Assembly (NCBI RefSeq): GCF_006345805.1
Contig: NW_021833418.1
Coordinates: forward strand, 1 to 64,000
Source of the DNA: Octopus sinensis
Lineage: Eukaryota
DNA length: 64,000 bases
Direction of reading: 5' to 3'
Shown here piece by piece: positions 37,854 to 50,671 of the stretch. Numbering within the stretch: the first letter of the stretch is position 1; every line of letters begins with the position of its first letter. Position numbers and translations under genes: made by a program. Below the pieces are notes generated by a model that searched no databases, was not told the DNA's origin, and saw only the letters and a program-made list of their open reading frames with translations.

Positions 37854-39249
37854 TTTGTTGTCTTGTTTGTCCCCTTCATTCTCCGCTTGCCAAATAATCA
37901 TAGTTTTAAGCCAATAAATTAGAAATCTGGGTAGGCCCGATCATCAAATTTTTTTTTAAAAATCAGATGTTTATATCCCAAATAGCTGAAGAGAAAGAAC
38001 CACATACCATTTTAAAATTTCACATAATAAAATTATTATTCGCGTGGATGTCACTACAGTTGTCTATATTCCACAGACAATATTTTGAACAATGATTATA
38101 GTTAACCCCGGGAAATTAACCATTTAATTAATTTGAGTAAATATCGAATGGCGTCGTATTTTGAAGTTTGTTTAGTCATTGACATTTATTTTCCTTGTTT
38201 GCTTGGGAACGCTATTCTGTCTTTTTATGTGAAATTGTTTATTTTCTGATCTGTCATTTGCTGCGTTCTTTTCTGCAGTTTTATAACTAAAACTTTCAAC
38301 AATGATTTTGTAGTTATGAAATCAAAGACAAAATTCAAAATTGCGACATAGTCAAAATTTCTTTTTAGAATAACCAATCAATATGATGCCAATAAAATAT
38401 ATTTAACGAACTCTGTCCTCTATCTATAGGCCAACATGACGGGAATAGTAGATCGAGAGGATGTCGAAAGAACAAATTATGGATGTTGTCGTAGATTGAA
38501 AACTATCACTCATGATTTAGACATAAATGAGGAATTAATGAGTATGGCTGCATTAAAAGGAAGACGTGGTGCAGCGCGACTATACTTAATTTTATAGCTA
38601 TGTGAACAGTTCCTTTAGAAAACAAATAATTTTCATGTAAAATAACAACCGCGTAGTCCATGGAATAAATATTGAGTTTAAACGAAACAAGAATTAAAAG
38701 TAACGTCGAAAAATTTAATGAGATTTAAAAAAATTTGTACTCAAATAATCACCACATCATTAATTATAATTCTGAACAATTCAGAAAAATTCTTGTGAAA
38801 CAACTTTACAAACTAGCACATTAAAACAATACGCCAGGAAACCAAAACTGCACGAATGAACTCGAAATTCCCAGTGAACAGTGTCTGGTTCTGAAAATAC
38901 ATGTATGGAAATAACAAAAGAAACAAGTTTGAAAAGAATCAAAAGACTTCCTGACCAGATATCCAACTTGTTTAACAAATTACCTCAATTCATTATAATC
39001 TATACGAAAAACAAAGAATCAACGATCAATATTATTGGTTTAATATTGTGGTTACATACTTGGTTCAGGTCGACAAAAGTTCTTTCTTTTTTTTTCTCAT
39101 TGATAAACTTGTCAGAAGAAATGACTGCTAATTTAGTAAATTGATGTTTTCCGAATTGTCACAGAAATAGGGCAGGAGTAACGAAAGGATGCTAATTATG
39201 GGCAGATGTCTATTACAGTGTATATAACATGATGAGAAACATGACACTA

Positions 39250-39480
39250 ATGAAGTATTTCCTGTTTATTGCATATGTTGCACTCGCATGCTCCAACATG
39301 GCAGGATTCGTTATTTATTTTTAGATACAAAACAAGACTGACGACACACCATCTCTCAAGGACAAACGAGCTTTAAGTTTTCTGGGGAAAATTTTTGGAC
39401 CACTCATGAAAAAAATAACAGCACTTGGTAGAGGAAGTTCGGAATCTTCCGAAAGTCATTGCCACGAGGAATATAACTGA
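39250..39480 (+). CDS. Secreted amphipathic peptide precursor 1, duplicate
   Basis: Intron 39301-39324. Same protein as 7993-8223 except Q>P in the propiece; stop TAA>TGA. Confidence 0.75.
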
Positions 39481-39982
39481 CCTAATTCGTCTAACAATCT
39501 TATTTGTTCCTATATTTTCTGTTGTTTATTATCTTTTTAACGAACTTGATAAATTAATTACTTGTAGTAGGAAATCAAAGCGGATGGCGATATCTCTCAC
39601 CACGTCAAGGTAATTTTCTGTTCCAATTTTTTCCTGAAATAAACGCCCAGGTTTTACAAATAAAATGTCGACAGTTTTCTTACCCAAAAAAAGACGTGAT
39701 GAAACAAAACAAACGGTAATAAAGATGCACCTGACTTGCAATCTTAGATGGTGGAATATGCAGGAAGACAACTCAAATATAACCGTTGTGAATAAACGTG
39801 CACGCTGTGGAGAATGCGCACATTGAATAGTGAATGATAATGAGGAGTCTCTATTATTGAGTGTAACAGGCTGAATTAGTCAGTGCCGAGTGTACAAGCT
39901 AATTAGAGTTGTAAATTATGGACAGATGTGTAACAAATGTGAACATTGTGCATTTATAACATCGTTAGAACATGCGAGGGAA

Positions 39983-40176
39983 ATGAAGTATCTCATTCTG
40001 ATCGCATGCATTGCAATGGCCTGTTCGAACATGGCATGATTCCGTACTTATCATCTTAGATTCAAGATGAGATTGAGGATAAACCAACTGTCAAAGAAAA
40101 ACGAATTTTTGGGATATTTTCAATGCTGTGGGAGAAAATCAAAATGTTAAAAGATAAGATCTTTGGAAGACGATAG
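39983..40176 (+). CDS. Secreted amphipathic peptide precursor 2, duplicate
   Basis: Intron 40034-40059. Coding sequence appears identical to 8726-8919. Confidence 0.8.
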
Positions 40177-40294
40177 TAGTCGACAAATTTAATATACTAA
40201 CCACTTTTCCTGAGCTTTAACACACTCATTCCATTCTTACTGTAATTAGAGTGGTTATCCACTTAAACTTTTAATGACAATAAAATATATAGCA

Positions 40295-41826
40295 ATGAGT
40301 GTGTTGTGGACACGTTGTGTGCATCGTGAATTGGTGAGGAAAGTGGGGACAGGGAACGTAGTACTGATAGACAGTGCACGGACTCCGTTCTGCAGGGCGG
40401 GGACAGACCTGAGAGACACAATGGCACACGAACTACAGAGCGCGGCGATAAGGAACGTGTTGAAGAAGACAGGAATAGGAAAAGGCAGGTGTGTGGGTAA
40501 AGTGTTAGAGGTGATCGAGTACGTGTGCGTGGGGACAGTAGTGCAAGAACCGAGAACGCACAACATAGCGCGAGAAGTGGTGTGAGGTGTGAGAGTAGTA
40601 GTGTGTGCTGGGGGGGGGACTGTCAGTGCCGGGGCACACAGTGTCAATGGCGTGCATATCGTCGAACCAGGCAGTGGCGAGCATGGGGGAACTGATAAGG
40701 AGTGGGGCGTATAAAGCAGTGGTGGCCGGGGGAGTGGATATTATGTCGGACGTGCCCATTCGCTACAACCGGACTCTGAGGAAACACATGCTGGCCATGA
40801 ACCAGGCCAAGAACAAATATATGAGGGCTGTGATGGCTGTGAGGCTACTGGACCCCACTCAAGTGCTCAGTCCAGAGGTGGGGACGAGTGTGATGTGGTA
40901 GCTGCCGGGGGTGGCCGAGTTCTCCACAGGGGAGACCATGGGACACTCGGCAGATCGACTGGCTGCAGCCTTTTCCATATCGAGGGAGGAGCAGGTGAGG
41001 ACTGCTGTCGTGTTGTAGGACTGGTACGCCCACCGTTCCCACTCACTCGCAGCTAAGGCACAGGCGGAGGGCAAACTGACGGACGTGCACGCGTATCAGA
41101 GTATGTCCATCTCCCCATGTCTTATAGCCAAGTCCACACTCACAACCTGTGACAATGGAGTCAGAGTGACCCCACTCGAACAACTGGCCACTCTCCCCCC
41201 CTCCTTCGTCAGGCCACACGGCACTGTCACTCCTGCCAACTCCTCCTTTCTCACCGACGGGGCCTCCGCCTGTCTCCTCATGGCAGAGGACAGGGCATTG
41301 CAACTCGGACTCACCCCCAAAGCATATCTCCGCCAATATACTTTTTCTGCACAGGACCCCAAAGACGAGTTGTTGATGGGGTTCCTCCACTCACTCACTC
41401 TAGACCCGCCTACTCCATTCCACGCCTCCTCCACTCAACACGACTCCAATTGGCCGACATTGACGTCTTTGAGATACACGAGGCCTTTGCTGTACACATT
41501 CACATCACCCTTGTAGGGACAAGTCCTCGCCAATCTTAAGGCACTCTCTTCCGATTATTTCTGTCGGAGAGCCCACAACATGTCCAATGTAGTCTTTCTT
41601 CTCATGTAGGTTGGAAATATCCCCATTGATAAATTGAATTTGTGGGGGGGCTCCCTCTCCATTGGACACCCGTTCGGGGCCACCGGAGTCAGATTGCTTG
41701 CACATGCCGCCAACAGATTGATTGACGAGGACGGCACCTTCGCTTTGCTCTCTTCCTGTGCTGCGGGGGGACAAGTAAGCCACTTTCTCATTGTAGGGAC
41801 ATGCCATGTTGCTCGAGCGATATTAA
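40295..41826 (+). CDS. HADHB: 3-ketoacyl-CoA thiolase, mitochondrial trifunctional enzyme beta type, apparently intact
   Basis: [113 protein letters not shown]. In frame after removing about nine 21-27-nt introns. Confidence 0.93.
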
Positions 41827-42218
41827 CCTACTCTCTAACATGTCTCACGTTTCCAATTAACAGATTGTATTACGAATAGGGCAATAGGGAGTTGTTAGGA
41901 CTTGTCCAATATTAGTCAAGGTGAGAGTAAAGGTGGTGAGTAGAAACTAATCTGGTTGTGGACTCAACTGTTCCCGAAGGACCCACAAAAGCTTACATTC
42001 AGTCGGTGGTTATGTGGAGAACATTGAAGAATATGCGTGCAGAACATAAGTTTGGAATAATCCAGCCGGAAGAATGCCTAATGGCTTGGTTTATAAATGG
42101 AAGAGGAAGGAAATCGACTGAGAGCAGGTGCATTAAACTTAATCACTCTTATTATTTCTCCTCTTCTGTACTTTTCTTTGTCACCCAACAGGCCAAGGCA
42201 GATAACTCGGTGAGAACA

Positions 42219-42647
42219 TACTGGGTACAAATATACTGACAAATCAATAAATGCAGCCGCAAACATCACTTCACAGCTGCATCAAATAAACTAAATAAAC
42301 CATATCGTGATATCAAGTCGATTACGCAGTCACTCCTAAATTGCAGGTTATCCACCAAACCTGGAAGAAGATCAAAAAAATAAGATTGTAGTTCCGGACA
42401 GTAACGAAAGGGTAAATTAACTGCTCAATGATTAGAACGAATAAGGAACAGAATGAAATTTCCAAACCATGTCCAATTTATATTAAAGATTCAACATAAA
42501 CTTCAATGGGGAAAGATAATGAACCCAGTTTTGACTTTCTCGAATAAAGTCACAAACTCGCATGGAAATTGGGGAGGAAATGAGAGCTTAATAAGGCTAA
42601 GAAACGGAGATAAAGTGCAGACGACGACTCGAAGTATTTCTTAAATA
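42219..42647. repeat. 429-bp direct repeat, left copy
   Basis: Matches 46186-46615 except for one extra T in a T-run. Confidence 0.95.
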
Positions 42648-45600
42648 CCAATGTTTAATAAAAATTAATTATGTAAATTCTATCTTAAATTATTTAAGAA
42701 TCCAGATCGTCAGTGATTTCTCTTCTTCGCTTGGAAGAAGAGTTTGCAACAAAATTCTCATCATTTTCCATTTCTGCGTCAAAGTAATTGTTCAACTGAG
42801 TGTCCTCACGACATGCCAGCTCCGCAAGTTGATTGGCGGCAGAGGCGTACTCCTCGTTGTCTACCTTCATCCCATGTCTGTGTTCAATAAGCATACTCTC
42901 TAGAGTCCTCTTCAGCACAACCGACTGGATGTATGTCCTCGTTCCTTCTTCAATGGATAACTTGTCCATATGACTTTTAAAGAACTTTGAGACAACTCCA
43001 TCCCATGTCAAGACAATTGGAATAATCTTCACTTTTGCTTCATAGAGAACCGACAGTTCGTTTGCAAGCAGGTCATATTTGTGAAATTTCTCCACTTCAA
43101 CTTGCTTTAAACGGTCTTGCGAGGTAACTCCCACTTCGATTAAATGAATTTCTCTTTTTCTCTTGTCATAAACGAAGATCAGGTTTATTGAATTGAACCT
43201 TTGTTTCAGTCATAATTGAAGTGTCAACTCTGATTTCGACATTTTGGGTCGACATTGTTGACACGACTGAATGTCCTTTCAATTTCCTGCTTCGTTTTAT
43301 TCCATACATTCGACACAAGTGGAGATGAATACACTTTACCACTTCGTTGTGTCTTCGGAGATAATCACTGTTTAGCATCCTACCACACCGCGTGGCTAGA
43401 TGGTCAACAGTCTGCCTGCTTTTTTTGCAGTGGACGCATAGTGATCCCGTGTATGCAAAGAACAAATTCCTATCTTGCAAAAGACAGTACAATGCTTCGC
43501 TTCGTGGACCATTGTTCCCTTTCGATAGCCATTGCGAAGAAGTAGATATGTCGACATCTGATTCCTCCATACATTTGAACATCACCGAGTGTAGTGATTT
43601 ACTGTTAATTCGGTTAAGCAAGAGTTTCCTTTGTGCGTCCTTCAGTAACTCAATGGTCAGATTTTCCCTGCCGACAGCTGCATATTTGGAGACAAGAAAT
43701 TCTGCGATTGTGGCTAAGTGCCATTTTTTCCTTTTATTACTCGCAGAATACCCGACCTCCGCAGACAGGTAGTCGACTGTTTTTCCAAACTTTTAAGAAA
43801 CTGGAAGAGCATTAATTCGCTTTTGAAAGAAATTGAGGCAAGTCCTCTTCCAAGGGTCTTGCGGTCCAAATACAACCTCTCCTTATTTGCAGGCTGGAGG
43901 TGTAACTTGAGAGTCGTAAGTAATCGGTCGTATTTGTTGGTCAATCTCATCGAATCGTAAGGTTCGATATTGATTAGCCCATATAATAATTATATAGGGA
44001 TAATGCATATTCATTGATTCCACGAAACAAATTTACAGCATTCAGGTTTGTTTTTGACAACATAGTTATCCTCTTCTTGACATTCTCCAATATGGAGTTC
44101 ATAACTTTATTCTTGAGAACATTACTTCCGCCATCTTCAAGTACACCCAAGTAGCGATATCCGTTGATTCCATCGACAGTCTCACAGCATGATAAAGATT
44201 CCACATTAGATGCTGATTTTTCGGAATTCATCTCTAGGCCGACACTTTCAAAAAATCCATTAACAGCCTCCATCATTTTGACTAACACATCTTCTTTGAG
44301 GGCAACTATTTTCAGATCGTCAATAAAGAAGAAATGATTGGTGGAGTATGTCAACATATTGGGATCTTCCCGATTAATTTCGAGTTTGGGAAACATGGAG
44401 TTAAGCATCCTGCTTAGGGGATCCATCGCCATAACGAATAGCAGCGGGGACAATGAATCTCCTTGGAGTATTCCCCGGCTTAACTTTACTTTCCCAATTC
44501 TTTTCCCATCGATATGTAAGTTTACTGTCCACTTCTTGACTATGTTCTTTACAAAGCTGACAATCCAATGTGGTATTCCAGAGCAATCCAATACGTGGAA
44601 CAAGAACTCGTGATCAACTGAGTCAAATGCCTTCTTCACATCGACCCAAGCAGAATAGAGGCCATTTCCATACTCCTTATTCAAGCATTGGTTAATGAGG
44701 GCTTGCTCTTTGGCGCCTTGACATTGCTTCCTCGTCCCAAGCTGATTATCTGAGATTAAGCCAAATGCCTCGATGAAATCGGCCAGTTTGGCATTAACAC
44801 ATTTGGTGACAAGTTTATACAAAGTTGGCATACACGTTATAGGGCGTAAGTCATTCGGGGTCTCACACTCACTTTTTTTAGGGATCAAGTAAGTTACGCC
44901 AGTGTAAAACCAGCTATCAGGCGTGTACTCTCCATTAATTATTCGGACTATCTCTTTACACAGAAACCCATGCAAAGAATCCATCTTCTTTAAGAAAAAG
45001 TTATACGTTCCGTCGCATCCGCATGCCTTCCAGTCAGGTGCATATTTGAGCATATCCATAATAAAATCACTTGTGATTGAGGTCGCATGGTTTCACCGCC
45101 AGTACACCTCACACCCACAAAATCATAAACTACGGGCCCCATATTTTTCTTGCTCCAGACATCTTCCCAAAATGATAAGCACTCACCATCACCAAACCCA
45201 TACAGGGTGGCTTCGTTGCTCGAAGATAAGTTTCGATAAAATCTTCTGCGGTTTAATTCAAAACACGCATTGTCTTTCCGGAAATTTTTCCTCGAGAATG
45301 GATAGATATCTGTCTTTTTGATTCTAATTAGATCATTCAATAGAGTCTCAATTCTGGTTAGCTCCCCCTTCTTAGACTTCTTATATCCGTAGCGGCAGAG
45401 AACATCCATTGCCTTTTGCTTTTCTGCCTGAGGCAAGGTTTGTTTGGAGAAGGAACGAACTGTGTCAATTTCATCTGCTAATTTAGAGATTTTTCTTTCC
45501 GTGTTTTCCAACCATGTGCTCTGTGGTCTGGCTCTCGTAGTTAAGGCCAAATAAGCACACTGTGCAGCATATAGAATATCGGTAATTTGATTAATATCTT

Positions 45601-46185
45601 GATAAATTGCAGAATTTAATCCAGCCAGGATATCAGTTTTTACCATCCTTCGTTGCACCTTTGGAGTTGGCTTTCGAGAGTCTCTCTGAATAGACTGAAC
45701 TTTCCCAATTTGGAATTTGAGTTCCTCTAGGCAATTTCTGAAACTGGAAATTTCTACGTCCACATCATCTTGCACTCTGGAAGAGTCGCATCTCCCTTGC
45801 ACATTGTTATTCCGTCTAGCCATGCTCTTTAGTTGGCATAAACTAGAGCACTTTGCCGAGTACTTCTCATTGAACTTCTCCAGGACAAGGTTCCAACCAC
45901 CTCTTGGCATCCTTCCAAGTCTTTGCTTCGTGCAAGGGCAATCTGAGACACCCATTCGCCTTCAGAGACACCATTGACATTTCCGATGATCGCAGAAAGA
46001 GAATGCAAGTTAGTTTTGGCAGCATCACCAACAAGATCTTCTTTAACACCATTAGCTCTTGTGGCATTGTGAGGTCCCATAGGCGACGGTCCTGTCTTTT
46101 TTAAGTTCTTTTTATTTGCAGGAAGGCCCGTAGGTTTCGTTTTCCTTAACTGCTTGGAAACGTACATGCACACACCACAACAACT
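42648..46185 (-). mobile_element. Near full-length RLE-type (R4/Dong-like) non-LTR retrotransposon
   Basis: RT motifs LRPITCMPTLYK, VDVKKAFDSV, GILQGDSLSPLLF, HFFFIDDLK, YRYLGV. CVHC..DHLATRC/RRHNEVV zinc knuckle. PDL..IEVGVTSQD endonuclease. One reading frame broken by about 4 frameshifts. Confidence 0.93.
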
Positions 46186-46615
46186 TACTGGGTACAAATA
46201 TACTGACAAATCAATAAATGCAGCCGCAAACATCACTTCACAGCTGCATCAAATAAACTAAATAAACCATATCGTGATATCAAGTCGATTACGCAGTCAC
46301 TCCTAAATTGCAGGTTATCCACCAAACCTGGAAGAAGATCAAAAAAATAAGATTGTAGTTCCGGACAGTAACGAAAGGGTAAATTAACTGCTCAATGATT
46401 AGAACGAATAAGGAACAGAATGAAATTTCCAAACCATGTCCAATTTATATTAAAGATTCAACATAAACTTCAATGGGGAAAGATAATGAACCCAGTTTTT
46501 GACTTTCTCGAATAAAGTCACAAACTCGCATGGAAATTGGGGAGGAAATGAGAGCTTAATAAGGCTAAGAAACGGAGATAAAGTGCAGACGACGACTCGA
46601 AGTATTTCTTAAATA
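46186..46615. repeat. 430-bp direct repeat, right copy
   Basis: See 42219-42647. Confidence 0.95.
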
Positions 46616-46889
46616 ATCCAGTTGTTAATTAAATAATATTTTATACACGTTGCACAATGTGTCTTGTTTGTACTCCTAATGATGATAATAAAATCTGATG
46701 TGTTGACCATGCAATAGTTTATATTTTATTATTAATTACTTTCTTAAATACTATATAATCATATATCCTGCATTGGTCGATTTGCTGATCTAGATTATGA
46801 GAGCTGAAGGAGTACTAATGTAATTCCTTTATTTTAAGAGTGGCTTTAAGCAATAGTTAAATCAGGAAAGTTAGTGATAGAGAAAATGA

Positions 46890-48400
46890 TTAGTTGAGAC
46901 CGTAGTATTCAACGTCGTCAAAGTCGGCCATCTCGTATCCCGACAGTCCAAAGCCGGCGAATATTCCTTCTGTCACGTCAGTTGTACCCCCATAAATCAG
47001 ATGACCCTCAATCCTGGCAGTAATTGTATTATTCTGGAACTCATATAATAATCAAACGTGTGCACTGAACGTCATCGTTATCCATTCGGGTACGGGCAGT
47101 GTGGTGGCGTTAGGAATCCGTGCAATCAAGGACAGGCGTGCTAAAGGCGAGTCACAATTTGCGTGTACCCAAATCGTTGTAGAAAAGTGCTTCGTTTGAC
47201 GGAGTGTTGTAAAAAAAGTCCTTTGACATTGAAGGAATCGAGTCCTCCGTTGATCATTCGCAGCATTACGAACGGCATCACATTCAATTTGGGCAATATT
47301 TTCACTCTAACGGAAATCACCGAACTAAGTAAAAAAAGCATGCCAACTTGAAGGCAGACGGGAACAGAGTGAGTGGTGCGTTGCAAGGAACGGGTGTCCA
47401 ATCCCGTTCCGTAGTAGGGGAGGCCCGGATTGTAGGATGAGGTGAGGCAGCACCGAGGAATCCCGTCAGAGAGTGTTGGATGTAGTTCCTGTTGAATTTC
47501 TTAGAATATGCATAAAAATGGAACACAGCCACGAATCCGCCGTAGAACTGGTCTTCGGAGGCGATCTGAGGTTTTCCTTGAGAGTTGTAGTTGTAGTGGT
47601 CATCAGGGTAATGGAGTCTGATTGGTAGATAGAAATCAACCCGACGATATCCACCAAATCAGCAAGTGCGGCATCATTCTCCATATCCTGGTTGATGGTG
47701 GAGACTCCGTCTGCTGCGATTATTTTAGTGTCCGGGCAGCATCGGTCGAGATTACTCATTCCAAATCTGTTAGTCCAGGAATAACCCCGATGGAGTCAAT
47801 CGTCAAGTTGTGGTGTTCCTTCGCCCCAGTAATCCATTTGGTGGTATAGTTCGCCAGTTTGTGCGGATGCAAGTACGGGTCTCTCAGCCAGGAGGGGAAG
47901 CACCAGGAGAGTCCGCTCAGATGAAGTTTGTTATTTAACTATAAATGAAGAATAAAGACGACATTTTTGGCTGTAGTCATGATTTTCCACTCGTATCCTT
48001 GAAAGTAGTTTTCGTCATGTTCGGTGTGCATGTGAGAGGCCTCACTGCCGCCTAGAGATGTGGCACTACTGGCTCACTTGAGGATTCACAGTCGCCCCCA
48101 ATTTCAACTTTGAGGATTTGCAGAAATGCTCCGTATTTGGGCTGGAATGATTTAATTAATGAATTATCCGGAAAAGTAATTCCATAATTTGGTCGAAATT
48201 GGAATAATTGGTCAAATATTTGGATGTCGCCTAAGAATAAGTTGAGGGGAAACTCCGCCGCCGCTGATTGCCCCGATCCCCATGTATTTCGAGGTCTTTT
48301 GGTCATCCAGGTCGATCACAGTGGCCGATTCCGAGATGCTGTCATTGACACTGACCAAAGAGGTGCACTATCATCTAAAAAGAGCCAAATATCAAAACAA
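46890..48400 (-). CDS. GALC: Galactocerebrosidase-like (GH59), internally shortened; possibly a pseudogene
   Basis: MGIGAISGGG/ATSKYL, PKYGAFLQILKVEIGGD, SHMHTEHDENYFQGYEW, LSWCFPSWL, KIIAADG, LVDIVG/LHYP, FVMLRMINGG, GFGLSGYEMADFDD, joined by micro-introns. Start codon and continuity not resolved. Confidence 0.8.
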
Positions 48401-48469
48401 CCATTTGGATGATGTAAAATACACCACATGTAGGCCATTGTGGGCTTTAGAGAACTGGAGAGACGGGAC

Positions 48470-48830
48470 TGGTCTCCCCCATTCCCCTATTACTCGTGCG
48501 AGGGAGACTATCTTCAAGGCTCGATTTGAGCGAGGATGGGTACATTAAGCCGCATGTGGACAGTCCGAGAGAATAGTTGAGCGTTTTAATCACAGAATTA
48601 CAAAATCACTGTCCAAGTTGAAGTATCCTAATAAAAATAAATGTGTCTCGATTCTTCAGTCTACATACAACAATACACTCATTTTCAAATGAGACCCCAT
48701 TCAAGCGTTATCGAGGAATTTTGAGTCTTTACCACCCAATTCGAACAAATGTCGATCGAGCATGATGGAGGGTGTTTTAGCATCAACCATCTCATGTTCA
48801 TAGACGACATTAAACTGTTCACTCTACTAA
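48470..48830 (+). mobile_element. Integrase and R4-like RT fragments
   Basis: IVERFNHRITKSL..STYNNTH (integrase) followed by NHLMFIDDIKLF (RT motif). Confidence 0.5.
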
Positions 48831-50671
48831 TTCTTACTAAGGTGGAGTGGGTTAAGTGTATCCCAAAGGGGTCAAGTCACACTTATGAGATGTCCATGAT
48901 GGCCTCACTCGTCAAACCCGAACGGAGCTTCCAGCACAGAATTCGAACCCTTGACTGATGGAATCGATCGACTCCAATCCATGCATTGCGATGAATTTTT
49001 CAACACTGAATCAAGTTGCTACTGATTCCGACTTGACTTTTGAGAAAAGAGCTAACATCTACTTTCCCTTTTTTGTCTTTTCTTTTTTTTGATTCAAAAA
49101 AATTCTTTTTTATTGTTATCTTTATTTGTTCGTTCGCTCTTTTGGGAGCCAAAGTTAGTCATTTTTTTCAGATTTTAACAGTACACATATTGAACTTCAT
49201 TTACAGAAAAAAGGCAATCTGATGAAAAAAGGCAATCTATCAATTATATCAACTCTGTTCCGTCGATATAGACATAGCTTTCGACTTAGTTTTGAGAAAG
49301 ATTCTATTAAGGAAAATAATTTAAAACAAGTTTCTAGGAAAGCTCAAACTATGGATCACTAACTTTCTAAGTAGACGAAGGAGTGCCTCACAGGACTGAA
49401 ATCTATGTTACGTCTTCTGCCTAGTAAGACACTGGTATTGACCAAAAATAGTAAAACATCATCCTGGCATCAATAAACATCAGTTGCGATTTAAAATTAT
49501 GATTATAGATGTCTCATTTTTAGTTAATTAACCAAGAATCGGATAATGAAAGCGAATTTTACGTGACAACTGGCTAATTTTATTCCTTACGATTCTAAGG
49601 TAACCATCTTCCCCCCAACACCAACTATTTTTATATTTAATTTCGATGCCTGTTTTTTATGAGCCCGTATTCTTTATCATTATCTACCCCATATTCAACA
49701 CGTTCTATGTACGCGGTCACATCCAGGATTATCAAAAATTCCTATAATTCTACACAATTATACCTCCTGAATACAAATAATTTGATATACAAATTGTAAT
49801 CCCAATAGGACCAATTTCAGTAAAGTTCTTAATGCCAAGGAATGGCAAGTATAGACATAATTTGTGAATACTACTGGATTGTTTTTATATCTGCATTCTT
49901 ATTTCTATTATAAAGTGCAGTTTCATAAACCATTCCTAGATAAGGGTACTGCTCAGTATTCCCCCATTTTGAATTGAGAACAACGACGAGAGGACTGTAA
50001 AGTTATGCTGTGTCATCCACTAGGGCACTGCCCCCACTTTAGAGGAGTTGAAGAGTGCCATGAGGACTGCCCTGTGGTTGACGAGGCCTTTGTTCAGACG
50101 GGCTATCAGGCCTACCTCGATATACTGACAAAGTCCAGCAATTGCTATGTTAAGACAAATAGTTAATAATTTACGCCCCTCACGGCCATGTGGAGTATTA
50201 GAGTGGGAATACTCGAACTAGTGAGTGATGCTCATGTCCTACGCGCTGGACGGTTTCCTCAGGACAATCACGTCATCGACTGGGCAGTGTTCGGTCACTC
50301 ACTTGTCCCCATTCGATACTTCCACGAGCCACCCCATTCCTCCACAACAATGTCCTCCCACTACAAACACTCTCATCTACATGCACTGGGTCTTTCATCG
50401 GGAGGCACTGGCGGGTGTTTTCTATTCGTGACGTCATCCCGTTTAGAGGACAGAATTGATAGAGGACAATATTGTTAATTGTTAATCAGACTACTTCACT
50501 ATACTACCAGATACTGTACATATATATTTGTAATAATAGAAATGATTTACTCGCATGTTTTTAGATTGGTTAACCTATATTGAACTACACGAATCTGGGG
50601 TTAGTCTAGAAATTTCTAGTGGTGACACGTAGTTTGGTGTTATATATAGTTTTGGACGTGTGTGAATAGTA

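Larger units (their letters stand above)
28668..42310. repeat. Segmental duplication, copy B (with additional insertions)
   Basis: Colinear with 1-11110. Extra inserts at 32400-33136, 33377-35099 and ~38613-38961. The transposon remnants listed for copy A recur here. Confidence 0.97.

Noticed and set aside
42219-42320. Spliced-leader RNA gene as the retrotransposon target
   Set aside because: There is a donor-like CCCA|GTA(A/T)GT and a small hairpin on the minus strand, but no clear Sm site, no match to any SL sequence I know, and no tandem SL array.
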